From Holophagae bacterium (GTDB lineage Bacteria; Acidobacteriota; Thermoanaerobaculia; Thermoanaerobaculales; Sulfomarinibacteraceae): a stretch of 64,000 nt of DNA. Below the pieces are notes generated by a model that was not told the origin of the DNA, searched no databases, and saw only the letters and a program-made list of their open reading frames with translations. Below, one piece after another: positions 24,996 through 34,148 of this stretch. The stretch covers positions 35,253 to 99,252 of the forward strand of contig PQAJ01000245.1 of assembly GCA_003105185.1 (NCBI GenBank), read 5' to 3'. The position numbers and the translations under genes are program-made. Every line of letters begins with the position of its first letter. Within the stretch, counting starts at the first letter, position 1.

Positions 24996-27697
24996 GCCGG
25001 GACCCCGGCAACGGAGGCCAGAGCGCCTTCTCTGCCGCGCGGTGGCATGCACTGACCGAGCAGGACATCCTCGCCGGCCTGGAATCACCGGACACCGGGC
25101 TGGATGCGCGGGAGGCAGCCCGCCGCCTTGAGCGTTACGGCCCAAACGCGCTCCCCGAGGCGGATCCCCCGGGGCTGCCCGAAATATTCGCGCGGCAGTT
25201 CCTGAGCCCGCTCATTTACATCCTCGTGGCCGCCGGCGCCGTCACGGCAGCCCTCCAGGAGTGGATCGACACGGGCATCATCCTGGCCGTGGTCATCCTG
25301 AACGCGATCATCGGGACGATCCAGGAGTCAGGCGCGGAACGGGCGATGCGGGCGCTCTCGGCACTGTTGAGTCACAAAGCGGCCGTCCTCCGGGGCGGGC
25401 AGCCGCTGCACATCGAGAGCCGCCTGCTGGTACCCGGCGACCGGGTGCTCCTGGAGTCGGGCGTGCGGGTCCCCGCGGATATCCGGCTCCTGAGCGCCAA
25501 CAACCTCTTGATTGATGAAGCCCTCCTCACTGGCGAGTCGACAGCCGCATCCAAGCGCACCGGCATCGCCAGCGCCGATGCCCCACTCGCGGAGCAGTTC
25601 AATATGGCTCGGGCCGGCACGATCGTCCGCAGCGGCAGGGCGATGGGAGTCGTCGTCGCAACCGGTTCCGACACGGCCGTCGGCCAGATCGCCGAATCCA
25701 TGCGCCTGGAGCAGACTCCGCAAACGCCGCTCCAGCAGCGGCTGGGACGGCTCGCGCAGATGATCGGCATCGCGGTCGGGCTGACCGCGCTCCTCTCCTT
25801 CGCGATTGGCACCGCCGGGGGGAAGTCCGGCGCCGAGATGCTCAAGGTCGCGGTCGCCCTCGCCGTCTCCGCCACCCCGGAAGGGCTGCCAGTCGCCTTC
25901 ACCATCACCCTCGCCGTCGGCGTCCGAAGGATGGCCAACCGCAAGGCGATCATCCGCCACCTCCCGGCGGTCGAGACCCTCGGCAGCACGACCGTGATCG
26001 GCTCGGACAAGACCGGGACGCTGACCCAGAACGAGATGACGGTCATGGAGGTCTGGACCGTGGCCGGGACCCATCTGCCCGGGAAGGAACCTGTGCCCCC
26101 GGGGAGCCCCCTCGAACGAACGCTCATCGCGGGAATCGTCGCGAACGAAGCCTCCCTCGGCCGCGAAGGCGACGAGTGGGTCCCTGAGGGCGACCCGACA
26201 GAAACGGCCCTGCTCGTGGCGGCCGAGGCGTTCGGGGTGGACCACGAGCGGGTGCGCGCAATCTACCCGCCGGTGTTCGATGTGCCATTCGAACCGGATC
26301 TGCGCTATTCCGGCGCCGTTCGCGAAAGTGCCGGGACCCACCTGTTCTTTGTAAAAGGCGCTCCCGAGCGTGTCCTCGAAATGTGCACGGCCGTCGAGCA
26401 CGGGTCCCACCGCGAGCCGATCGACCGCGCGGCCATCCAGCAGGTAACCGATGCCGCTGCCGCGCGGGGGTTCCGGATCCTGGCGATGGCCCACGGCGAA
26501 ATCGCCCCCGGGGCAGAGCCGCCGCGCGACCCCACTGGCCTCACTTACCTGGGCTTCGAAGCGATGATGGACCCCCCGCGCGATGGGGTGATTGCGGCTG
26601 TGCGGGGATGCCAGCAAGCTGGCATCCGGGTCGTCATGATCACTGGCGACCATGCCTCGACCGCGCTCGCCATATCGCGCCAGGTGGGCATCGCAGCGGG
26701 CGAGGGCGCGCTCGTCGTGGGCCGCGAGATCGAGTCGATGACCGATGAGGAGCTCCAGGAACGGATGCGGTCGGCGACTGTCTGCGCCCGGATGTCCCCC
26801 GACCACAAGCTGCGGGTTGTGCAGGCACTCCAGCGAGAGGGCCATGTCGTCGCGGTGACGGGTGACGGCGTGAACGACGCCCCGGCGTTGCGCGTCGCCG
26901 ACCTGGGCATCGCCATGGGGGGCTCCGGGACTGACGTTGCCCGCGAAGCAGCAGATATGGTCCTCGCCGACGACAACTTCGTCAGCATCTACGCAGCGGT
27001 CAGCGAGGGTCGCATCACATTCGACAACATCCGCAACGTCACGTTTTTCCTGGTCTCGACCGGCGCCGCGGAGATTGCGCTCATCATCACCGCGCTCACG
27101 CTGGACTGGGAGATCCCGCTGCTCGCCGCGCAGCTGCTCTGGTTGAACCTGGTCACCAATGGGCTACAGGACGTAGCCCTGGCGTTCGAGCCGGGAGACC
27201 GGGCCGTGCTGCGCCGGCGGCCGCGCGCGCGGTCCGAGGGCATTCTCTCGCGGCTCCTGTGGGAGCGCGTGCTGCTCACGGCCGCCGTCATGGGAGCGGG
27301 GACGCTGGTGCTGTTCCGCTGGGAGCTGGAGTCGGGCCAGTCCGTCGAATACGCACGGTCGGTGGCTCTGACCGCACTCGTGGTGTTCGAGGTCTTCCAC
27401 GTTGGCAACTCGCGGTCGGAATACGTGTCGGCCTTCCGGAAGAGCGTGTTCTCGAACCGCTTCCTCCTGGTCGCGACGTTCGCCGCGGTCTCGGTGCACC
27501 TGGTCGCGCTCTACCTCCCGGCCACGCAGTACATCCTGCGGGTCGAGCCGATTGGGCTGGACTCGTGGCTGCGGATCGTGCTCGTCGCCTCGTCGATCCT
27601 GGTGGCCGTCGAACTCCACAAACTCGTGAGGCGGGGCGGCCCCCGTTCCCGGGAGGCACACCCCGCCTCAGCGGGTGGACTGGCTTCGGGGCGTTAG
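24992..27697 (+). CDS. P-type ATPase, type II cation transporter (Ca2+/Mg2+-ATPase-like)
   Basis: The ATG at 24992 overlaps the usp stop (ATGA). Contains the N-terminal cation-ATPase motif (LDAREAARRLERYGPNAL), PEGLP, SDKTGTLTQNEM and TGDGVNDAPAL, and 10-TM-type C-terminal helices. Confidence 0.93.
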   Translation: MSRDPGNGGQSAFSAARWHALTEQDILAGLESPDTGLDAREAARRLERYGPNALPEADPPGLPEIFARQFLSPLIYILVAAGAVTAALQEWIDTGIILAVVILNAIIGTIQESGAERAMRALSALLSHKAAVLRGGQPLHIESRLLVPGDRVLLESGVRVPADIRLLSANNLLIDEALLTGESTAASKRTGIASADAPLAEQFNMARAGTIVRSGRAMGVVVATGSDTAVGQIAESMRLEQTPQTPLQQRLGRLAQMIGIAVGLTALLSFAIGTAGGKSGAEMLKVAVALAVSATPEGLPVAFTITLAVGVRRMANRKAIIRHLPAVETLGSTTVIGSDKTGTLTQNEMTVMEVWTVAGTHLPGKEPVPPGSPLERTLIAGIVANEASLGREGDEWVPEGDPTETALLVAAEAFGVDHERVRAIYPPVFDVPFEPDLRYSGAVRESAGTHLFFVKGAPERVLEMCTAVEHGSHREPIDRAAIQQVTDAAAARGFRILAMAHGEIAPGAEPPRDPTGLTYLGFEAMMDPPRDGVIAAVRGCQQAGIRVVMITGDHASTALAISRQVGIAAGEGALVVGREIESMTDEELQERMRSATVCARMSPDHKLRVVQALQREGHVVAVTGDGVNDAPALRVADLGIAMGGSGTDVAREAADMVLADDNFVSIYAAVSEGRITFDNIRNVTFFLVSTGAAEIALIITALTLDWEIPLLAAQLLWLNLVTNGLQDVALAFEPGDRAVLRRRPRARSEGILSRLLWERVLLTAAVMGAGTLVLFRWELESGQSVEYARSVALTALVVFEVFHVGNSRSEYVSAFRKSVFSNRFLLVATFAAVSVHLVALYLPATQYILRVEPIGLDSWLRIVLVASSILVAVELHKLVRRGGPRSREAHPASAGGLASGR

Positions 27698-27882
27698 CGG
27701 CCCTGGATGCCCGGCCGGAGCACGGTACCGCGGTCATCAACGGCACGCGTTCGGCGCCACGGCCAGGGCGCCTGGCGCCGCGGCCTGGGTTCGTAGGCGG
27801 TACCGTTGAGCTGGGCCTTCCGGAGGCCGGCTTCGCGCCGGTACATCTCGTTCCTGGCGTATTGGTAGGTGAGGTTCATCAT
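27694..27882 (-). CDS. small hypothetical protein (62 aa), possible paralog of 27912-28106
   Basis: MMNLTYQYARNEMYRREAGLRKAQLNG.. has weak similarity to the neighbouring small ORF. The RBS is poor and the 3' end overlaps the ATPase stop. Confidence 0.3.
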   Translation of the reverse strand: MMNLTYQYARNEMYRREAGLRKAQLNGTAYEPRPRRQAPWPWRRTRAVDDRGTVLRPGIQGR

Positions 27883-27911
27883 CTCCGTGGACCCTTTCTG
27901 CGGGCTGAGCC

Positions 27912-28106
27912 CTAGCTCGCCTCGCGTGGTATCGCCGGCGAACCGGCGGTGGTTGCGGTGGAGCGGAAGGCTCCAAAGCGGGCCAACCCGCGACGCCTGG
28001 CCCGGGCGGGCCCGGTGGTGAGACCGAGCAGCTGGGCGCGGCGGAAGGCAAGGAGCGCTTCGTTTTGGCGGGCCCGCGCCCACTCCTCCAGGTTGTACAG
28101 TTCCAT
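27912..28106 (-). CDS. small hypothetical protein (64 aa)
   Basis: The ATG at 28106 has GAGGAG 7 nt upstream. MELYNLEEWARARQNEALLAFRRAQLLG... The AT-rich 11-mer shared with the fic promoter lies 34 nt upstream. Confidence 0.45.
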   Translation of the reverse strand: MELYNLEEWARARQNEALLAFRRAQLLGLTTGPARARRRGLARFGAFRSTATTAGSPAIPREAS

Positions 28107-28274
28107 GTCCTTGCTCCTCGTGGCCGCCGGGCCGGGTTGGTTATTCAAGGATGGACTGCCGCCCGGCGTGCTACGTTAAGCGCGTTCACACAGGCCGAAC
28201 TCCATTCGAGATGCGCATCACACAGTGGCTCGAATCGGGGTCTGGTGGTACAAGATCCGCCCAGAGGAGTTCAC

Positions 28275-28967
28275 GTGGCTACGACTGAAACGGCTCCGAA
28301 CGATGTCTACATCCGCGACCTGCCGCTGCTGGCGCGCCTGCCCGATGACGATCTCAAGGCGCTTGCCGCCCGCGGACGCGTGCGGCGCTTCGCCGCCGGG
28401 ACCACCATCTACCACGAGGGCGACCCCGGCGACGCGCTCCACGTCGTGGTCGAAGGCCGGGTGCGGATCAGCCGCATCTCGGGCGCCGGCAACGAGGCAA
28501 CCCTCGCCCTGATGGGGCCCGGCGACTGCCACGGCGAGCTCGCGCTCTTCGACGGCCGGCCGCGGTCGGCCACGGCCACTGCCACCACCCTCACGCGGAC
28601 CTTCGTCGTCTCGCGCGATGACTTCGTGAACTGGGTGCGCGAGCGCCCCGCGGCCTCGCTCGCCCTCCTCGAAACGCTGTCTCTGCGCCTGCGGCGAACG
28701 GACGAGACGGTCACAGACCTGGTCTTCCTGGACCTGCCCCACCGCCTCGCAAAGCACCTGCTCACGCTTGCAGCTTCGCTGTCCGAGGGCGACTCGCGAA
28801 AGAAGCAGCGCATCCAGGTGACCCAGGGCGAGCTGGCTTCGATGCTCGGCGTGAGCCGCGAAAGCGTGAACAAGCAGCTGAACCTGTTCGCGCGGGACGG
28901 CTGGATCACGCTCAGCCGCGGCGCCGTCACGATCGATGACCCGCAGGCGCTCAGGACGTTCGTCTAG
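28275..28967 (+). CDS. Crp/Fnr-family transcriptional regulator
   Basis: The GTG at 28275 has GAGGAG 5 nt upstream. It has a cNMP-binding domain (..GDPGDALHVVVEGRVRI..GELALFDG.PRSATA) and a C-terminal HTH (TQGELASMLGVSRESVNKQL). Confidence 0.9.
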   Translation: MATTETAPNDVYIRDLPLLARLPDDDLKALAARGRVRRFAAGTTIYHEGDPGDALHVVVEGRVRISRISGAGNEATLALMGPGDCHGELALFDGRPRSATATATTLTRTFVVSRDDFVNWVRERPAASLALLETLSLRLRRTDETVTDLVFLDLPHRLAKHLLTLAASLSEGDSRKKQRIQVTQGELASMLGVSRESVNKQLNLFARDGWITLSRGAVTIDDPQALRTFV

Positions 28968-29014
28968 CACTCCCGGCCGGTTCGCCTGCCCGCCTCGCTG
29001 CAGCCGCCCCCCGC

Positions 29015-29020
29015 TACAAT
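29015..29020 (+). promoter_or_regulatory. CGCTACAAT extended -10-like element
   Basis: ccgCTACAATgcc lies 27 nt upstream of the ATG at 29047. The same CGCTACAAT 9-mer recurs at 31483-31491. Confidence 0.3.
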
Positions 29021-29046
29021 GCCCGCACACACACACGGGGTGACCT

Positions 29047-29946
29047 ATGCGATTCGGTTTCTGGCCCGGCCCGAACAACTCCTGGAACGACACCCTTGCC
29101 CTGGCGAAACACGCCGAAGCCGGCGGCTGGCACGGCGTCTGGTACGCCGACCACTTCATGCCCAACGCCGAGGACACCAGCGGCCCCACCTCCGAGTGCT
29201 GGACCACGCTGGCCGCGCTCGCGGCAAGCGTGCCCCGCATCCGCCTCGGCGCGCTGGTCACCGGGAACACTTACCGGCACCCGGCCGTGCTCGCCAAAAT
29301 GGCGGCCAACGTCGACAACATCAGCGGCGGGCGCTGCGTCCTCGGCCTCGGCGCCGGGTGGCAGGAAAACGAACACCGCGCCTACGGCATCAACTTCTCC
29401 ACGCTCGGCGGGCGAATGAACCGGTTCGAGGAAGCCTGCCAGGTGGTCACCGGCCTGTTTTCGAACGAACAGACGACCTTCGCCGGGAAGCACTACCAGC
29501 TGACCGATGCGCCCCTTGCACCCAAGCCCGTGCAGAAGCCGCTGCCGCTGCTCATCGGCGGCGGCGGGGAGCAGCGCACCCTCCGCATCGCGGCGAAGTA
29601 CGCCAACGAGTGGAACGTCTGGGGCACACCGGAGGTGCTGAAGCACAAGGGCGGCATCCTGGACCAGTATTGCCGCGAAATCGGCCGCGACCCGAAGGCC
29701 ATCGCCCATTCAGCCCAGGGCATGCTGATGCTGACCGACGATGCCGCAATGGTTGAGCGCATGAAGGCCGCGGGCCGCCCGGTCATCGGGGGGAACGGAC
29801 CCCAGGTGCGCGCGCTCGTCGAGCAGTACGCCGAGGCCGGCGTGGACGAGCTCATCATCCCGGACTTCAACCTGGGGCGGACCGTCGCCGACAAGACGGC
29901 CGTGATGGACCGGTTCGCCAACGAGGTGATGGCCCACTTCCGGTAG
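29047..29946 (+). CDS. luciferase-like monooxygenase family, F420-dependent oxidoreductase type
   Basis: MRFGFWPGP..W..ADHF..LGLGAGW...E...YG.. is the typical LLM/F420 architecture, 299 aa. Confidence 0.9.
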   Translation: MRFGFWPGPNNSWNDTLALAKHAEAGGWHGVWYADHFMPNAEDTSGPTSECWTTLAALAASVPRIRLGALVTGNTYRHPAVLAKMAANVDNISGGRCVLGLGAGWQENEHRAYGINFSTLGGRMNRFEEACQVVTGLFSNEQTTFAGKHYQLTDAPLAPKPVQKPLPLLIGGGGEQRTLRIAAKYANEWNVWGTPEVLKHKGGILDQYCREIGRDPKAIAHSAQGMLMLTDDAAMVERMKAAGRPVIGGNGPQVRALVEQYAEAGVDELIIPDFNLGRTVADKTAVMDRFANEVMAHFR

Positions 29947-29973
29947 CTCGCCGGGATCGCCTGAAGCGGCGAA

Positions 29974-29993
29974 GCGGCGGGACATCCCGCCGC
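29974..29993. terminator. GC hairpin between convergent genes (possible bidirectional terminator)
   Basis: GCGGCGGG-ACAT-CCCGCCGC, an 8-bp stem with no clear U-tract. Confidence 0.3.
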
Positions 29994-29997
29994 CCGG

Positions 29998-30603
29998 CTA
30001 TCGCGCTTGTTCCTGGACTCCCAGCCCGGTCCCTGCTCCCCGGGGCGGGGTGAGCCCCCGGCGCTCGCAGGTGTGCTCCGACTCGATCCTGAACGTGGTG
30101 TTGAAGCGTGCCCGGTAGTTCTCCATCGCGATCGTGCCGACCAGCTCCACTGTCTCAGCCTCTGAGTAGTGGCGCCGCACCTCCGCGAATATCTCATCGG
30201 TCACGTCCGGAGGAGTCACCGTCATCGCCTCCGCCAGTTCGAGCGCCGCTTTCTCGGCATCGGAGAAGAGGTCACTCGTACGGAACGCATCCAGTTGGGC
30301 GAGTTTCTCATCCGAAGCGCCGGCAATACTGCTCCCGGCAGTATTGGTATCCATTCAGAAGGGGCAGCCGATCATCTCCGCCGCTCTGAGGCAAACAAGG
30401 GAGCGCACCAGCGGGGGGAGGAGCCCGCTCTTCGCTGGCGCTGCACCGAGCGCGCGGCTGGCATGGAGGATGGGCGGGGCATAGGCCTGGATGCCTGCCC
30501 CCGCCGCGGGCTTGCCGAGCCACTTCTCGCCTTGCTCGAGGATCTCCCGCAGTTCGCCTTCGACATCGTCCTTCGTCAGTGGCTGCATCCGCACCAAGGT
30601 CAC
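29998..30603 (-). CDS. AhpD-like / carboxymuconolactone decarboxylase family protein with in-frame UGA (CPF-U): candidate selenoprotein
   Basis: ORFs 30355-30603 and 29998-30354 are contiguous and in the same frame, separated only by TGA at 30355-30357. The combined read is ..LRAAEMIGCPF[U]MDTNTAGS.., which puts the TGA at the second Cys of the family's CxxC. A 9-bp hairpin starts 8 nt downstream. Confidence 0.7.
30324..30346 (-). other. bacterial SECIS-like hairpin
   Basis: mRNA reads UGA AUGGAUAC-CAAUACUGC-CGGGA-GCAGUAUUG. It has a perfect 9-bp stem and a 5-nt G-rich loop that begins 17 nt after the UGA. Confidence 0.55.
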
Positions 30604-30686
30604 GCCTCCCGGGTCGAAAATCCGTACCAGCCGATCATATCACTCCGGCCCGGCCCCACGGACTGGCCGGTGGTTCCCAGCGTCGA

Positions 30687-31295
30687 TCAGGGGATGCGCG
30701 CGACTGCCTTGTTCGCCATGGCCACGAGGGTCCCGGTTTCGACACCCTGCTTCCCCAGGCTGACCGATACCGTCATCCCCTCGTAAAGGACGTTCAGGAC
30801 GTTTCCCACGCGGTAGGCCGACTCACCGATGCCTGCGACGTCCTGGACGCCGGTGCGCAGGGCCTTCTCGTCGTCGAAGAGCTTCTTCGCCGTGTACTTC
30901 TGGGACTTCAGCTGGGCGGTGAAGTCCTGTTCGCGGACCACCGAAACCTGGGCGATCGTGAGCGACGTGTCGCTGGTGGCTCCCCACGTGCAGAGCGTGA
31001 TACCCAAGGGGCCCTGCGCGACGGCCGGGTCGCCGCCGTCCATCTTCTCCCCGGCGAGTTCTTCCAGTTCCGCGGCAGTCAGCAGCTGGCACGGGTCGAA
31101 CTTCGCGCCGCCCTCGCCCGAGGGGGTGTCTTTCGCATCGCCGGCCGTGGTGGCGGTGGCGCCCCCGCCGTCGCTGTCATCCGGCGAAGCGTCGTCGTCC
31201 CCGCCGCCACAGGCCACGGAGAACAGGAGAGCAGCGCTGAGCGCGCCAGGGATGATGATGTGGTGGACAAGAGTTCGGTACGACACGGTGTGCAC
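30687..31295 (-). CDS. lipoprotein (DUF3558-like)
   Basis: Lipobox LLFSVAC|GGGDDD, an acidic linker, then FDPCQLLTAAELEEL.. as in actinobacterial DUF3558 lipoproteins. Confidence 0.75.
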   Translation of the reverse strand: MHTVSYRTLVHHIIIPGALSAALLFSVACGGGDDDASPDDSDGGGATATTAGDAKDTPSGEGGAKFDPCQLLTAAELEELAGEKMDGGDPAVAQGPLGITLCTWGATSDTSLTIAQVSVVREQDFTAQLKSQKYTAKKLFDDEKALRTGVQDVAGIGESAYRVGNVLNVLYEGMTVSVSLGKQGVETGTLVAMANKAVARIP

Positions 31296-31553
31296 TCCAC
31301 GCTGAGGTTCTGGGGATTGGACAGCCGGTGGCGCGAATTCTTACGCCGCGGGCTTCCTGGCGCCAGCGATCCGATCGTGGGGCACGACCGTGTCAGTGTA
31401 GCTCCGCGGCGTGAGGCGCGTGGCACAGCGGGTGTGGGGAGGATCCCCCATGGGCGGGTTGCCGCGCGCTCCCGGGCGTTCCCGCTACAATCACCAGGGG
31501 CGGAGCCAGGAGAACCGTATGGCACCAGCACGACCCCCGGCGGTGAACCGGTG

Positions 31554-31730
31554 ATGCGGCGCGGCCGCGCGCCGATCTGGCTCGAAGTACTGCAGTTCGG
31601 CCTCGGCATCGCGCTCCTTGGCGTCAGCCTCCAGAACGGACGCTGGCTCTTTGTCGTCCTGGCGGCGTTCTACCTGGTGTTGATCAGCTTCCGCGCGGTG
31701 AACAGCCGCCGGAAGCCGCCCGGGGGCTAA
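31554..31730 (+). CDS. small two-TM protein (58 aa), coupled to an 11-codon upstream ORF
   Basis: MRRGRAPIWLEVLQFGLGIALLGVSL..FVVLAAFYLVLISF. A mini-ORF (31519-31554, RBS AGGAGA) ends in a TGA that overlaps this ATG by 1 nt. CGCTACAAT lies upstream at 31483-31491. Confidence 0.35.
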   Translation: MRRGRAPIWLEVLQFGLGIALLGVSLQNGRWLFVVLAAFYLVLISFRAVNSRRKPPGG

Positions 31731-31851
31731 CCGGTAACTATCCCCTGACAGTCTGCCTTAGCCTCGATCTCAGGGTCGCGTAAGTTCCCGTCCTCATAGC
31801 TGGGGCGGGGCTTGTATTGCCTTGAGGTGTTCCACCCACGCATCGGGAGTA

Positions 31852-32253
31852 TCACGACTGGGAGTGGTCTTTCCTCCAGCGGCCGATCGACCCGAGGCAA
31901 CATGTCCCGGACGGATTTAGTACGTCGCATGCACACTCGCCCATCCGAACGCGCTCCCGGACGTAGGGCGTGGGATCTTCCTCCCCGACCGCATCGTCCC
32001 CGGTTACGTCGAAGCAGAAGCAGAGCAGGTCGCTCCTGCCATTGGTCTTGTAGGCCGGGGGGCGACGCAAATCACCTGCCTCAAAGACTCGTGTATCGGA
32101 TGCAAAGTACACGGCCGGGCAGGCGGGAGTTTCGCAAAAGCTGAACTCGCGGCCCTCCAGATCTTTCGCCCACGGCTTTCGCAGATGATGCCGCACAAGC
32201 GCCAGTGGCACCGGCTGGCCGCCCTCGTTGCATTTCGAGCATTCTTCTGGCAT
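31852..32253 (-). CDS. Cys-rich metal/[2Fe-2S]-binding protein (CopZ-type zinc-finger N-terminus plus C.C..NPSG.CCLG C-terminus)
   Basis: The N-terminus CSKC..FSFCETPACPAVYF and the C-terminus ECACDVLNPSGTCCLGSI match my recollection of the putative Fe-S metallochaperone family, which also has selenoprotein members. This copy is all-Cys. Confidence 0.7.
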   Translation of the reverse strand: MPEECSKCNEGGQPVPLALVRHHLRKPWAKDLEGREFSFCETPACPAVYFASDTRVFEAGDLRRPPAYKTNGRSDLLCFCFDVTGDDAVGEEDPTPYVRERVRMGECACDVLNPSGTCCLGSIGRWRKDHSQS

Positions 32254-32309
32254 TCACCCATGGTAGCGTACGGTCGGTGAGGGAATAGTTACCGGCTAAC
32301 CCGCCCGCC

Positions 32310-34112
32310 CTACACGAGCCCCACCGCGTCAGCTTCGATCCCGAGCGCGCGGACCGTCTCGCGGGTGGGGGCGCCGGTCTCGGGATCCCAGCCCTGCTCG
32401 ACGTAGTAATCCGTCACGATTTCGCCGAGCTCCTCGCCGGTCAGCCCCTTGTGCTTCGGGAGGTCCTCCGAGAAGCGCTTCGGGAGGCGGTCGTCGGCCC
32501 GGGTCATCCCTTCGCGCATGTTGAAGAGGCGGGCGAGGGTGAGCCCCCGGTGGGCCGTGGCCACCATCTCGGCCGCGTCGATGCCCCAGCCCGTGACCGC
32601 GTTCAGGATCTGCGCCGTCTGGTCGTCGTCATAGGCGAGGAAGTGGCACATGCCCACCTGGTTGCGGAGGCCGTTCTTGTCGCCGGTCTGGCGCATGTGG
32701 TCGCCGCCGGTTGGCGCCAGCAGGTAGCTGGCGCGCATTGCCGCCATGTGGCGCGGGTCGTGCATGGCCATCTCCATGCCCTTCACGGTCGTCAGGTAGT
32801 CTTCCGAGCCCTGGCCGATCTTCGCCGCGGCACGCTGAGAGCCTTCCGCCAGGAGGTCGCCGATACCCTCGCGCCTGGCGATCATCTGCAGCATCCGGAC
32901 GACCGCGTCGCCATCGCGGAACTCGAGCTTCACGCCGTCCGTGTCCTCGGGCGTGAGGACGCCCTTTTCGTACGCCTCCATCGCCCAGGCGATCGTCGAG
33001 CCCGCGGAGATCGTGTCCATACCCATCATGTTGCAGAGCTCGTTCGACTTGCAGACGGCCACGATGTCGTCGACGCCGAGGTTCGTCCCGAGCGAGGCGA
33101 GCGATTCGTACTCGGGTCCGCCGTACTTCGGGTCGACACGGTAGCGATGCTGTGGGTCAACCGCGATCTTGACGCCCTTGCGCGTCACTCCCGCGTCCTC
33201 CTCGCGCATCTCGATCTGGACCACCTTCTTGCAGCGGACGGAGCAGGCGAAGCACGCGCCCATGTCGATGCGCACCTCTTCCTTGATGGCGATGGCGTCG
33301 ATCTTGTCGGTGCCTTCGAAGGTGCCGAGACGGTAGTTGAGGGTGGGGATGCCGCCGTCCAGGCTCTTGCCCTGCATGGCGCCGCCGGTGCCGTATTCGT
33401 GGAAGCCCCGGTGGACCTGGTCGACCGTGTTGCTGACCCACTTCGAGATGGCGAGCAGCGCCGGCTGGTCGGCGACCCGCACCGGCGTCTTGCCGCGCAC
33501 GGCGATCGCCTTGAGCTTCTTCGAGCCCATTACCGCGCCCAGGCCGCTCCGGCCAGCGAACTCGTTCAGGTCGTTCGCGACGTTGGCGAAGCGGACCAGG
33601 TTCTCGCCCGCGGGCCCGATCTGGGCGACGCGGATGCGGGGGTCGCCAAGCTCGGCGTGGATGGCCTCCTCCACGTCGCCCGTGACCTTGCCCCAGAGGT
33701 GGCTCGCGTCGCGGATCTCGGCCTTGTCCTCGTTGATCCAGAGGTAGACCGGGCGGGCCGACGCGCCATGGACGACGATCGCGTCCCAGCCCGCGCGCTT
33801 GAGTTCGCTGCCCCAGAAGCCCCCGGCCTCGGCCTCGCCAAACCCGCCGGAAAGCGGCGACTTCGCGCCGACACTGTGGCGGCCAGCGCCGGGGACAGGC
33901 GCGCCCGTCAACACCCCGGGGGCGAACACGAGCACGTTGTTCGGCCCGAGCGGGTCGGCCCCGGCCGGCACGAGCTTCAGCAGGTAGTGGCCGATGAACC
34001 CGCGGCCGCCGCCGTACTTCCGGTAGAACGCGTCGCCCGGCTCTTCGACGCTGGTGGTCCCGGTGGCCAGGTCAACGTGGAGGATCTTGTTCCAGTAGCC
34101 GAAGCGTTCCAT
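32310..34112 (-). CDS. aor: aldehyde:ferredoxin oxidoreductase (tungsten/molybdopterin AOR family)
   Basis: 600 aa: MERFGYWNKILHVDLATGT..YGGGRGF.., with the internal C..C...C Fe-S ligand region (GACFACSVRCKK). This is the canonical AOR N-terminus and length. Confidence 0.95.
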   Translation of the reverse strand: MERFGYWNKILHVDLATGTTSVEEPGDAFYRKYGGGRGFIGHYLLKLVPAGADPLGPNNVLVFAPGVLTGAPVPGAGRHSVGAKSPLSGGFGEAEAGGFWGSELKRAGWDAIVVHGASARPVYLWINEDKAEIRDASHLWGKVTGDVEEAIHAELGDPRIRVAQIGPAGENLVRFANVANDLNEFAGRSGLGAVMGSKKLKAIAVRGKTPVRVADQPALLAISKWVSNTVDQVHRGFHEYGTGGAMQGKSLDGGIPTLNYRLGTFEGTDKIDAIAIKEEVRIDMGACFACSVRCKKVVQIEMREEDAGVTRKGVKIAVDPQHRYRVDPKYGGPEYESLASLGTNLGVDDIVAVCKSNELCNMMGMDTISAGSTIAWAMEAYEKGVLTPEDTDGVKLEFRDGDAVVRMLQMIARREGIGDLLAEGSQRAAAKIGQGSEDYLTTVKGMEMAMHDPRHMAAMRASYLLAPTGGDHMRQTGDKNGLRNQVGMCHFLAYDDDQTAQILNAVTGWGIDAAEMVATAHRGLTLARLFNMREGMTRADDRLPKRFSEDLPKHKGLTGEELGEIVTDYYVEQGWDPETGAPTRETVRALGIEADAVGLV

Positions 34113-34148
34113 GAGCTGCCTTTCCCGAGCGATGGTGGGCGAACCGTG

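Noticed and set aside
29998-30603. Reading the in-frame TGAs (30355-30357 and 37912-37914) as pseudogene-forming nonsense mutations
   Set aside because: I considered this and did not favour it, for three reasons. Both TGAs fall exactly at a redox Cys/Sec position (CPF-U and U-GSC). Both downstream halves remain open in frame to a normal stop with protein-like sequence. Both are followed by hairpins at SECIS-compatible distance. This reading remains possible if the genome lacks selABCD.
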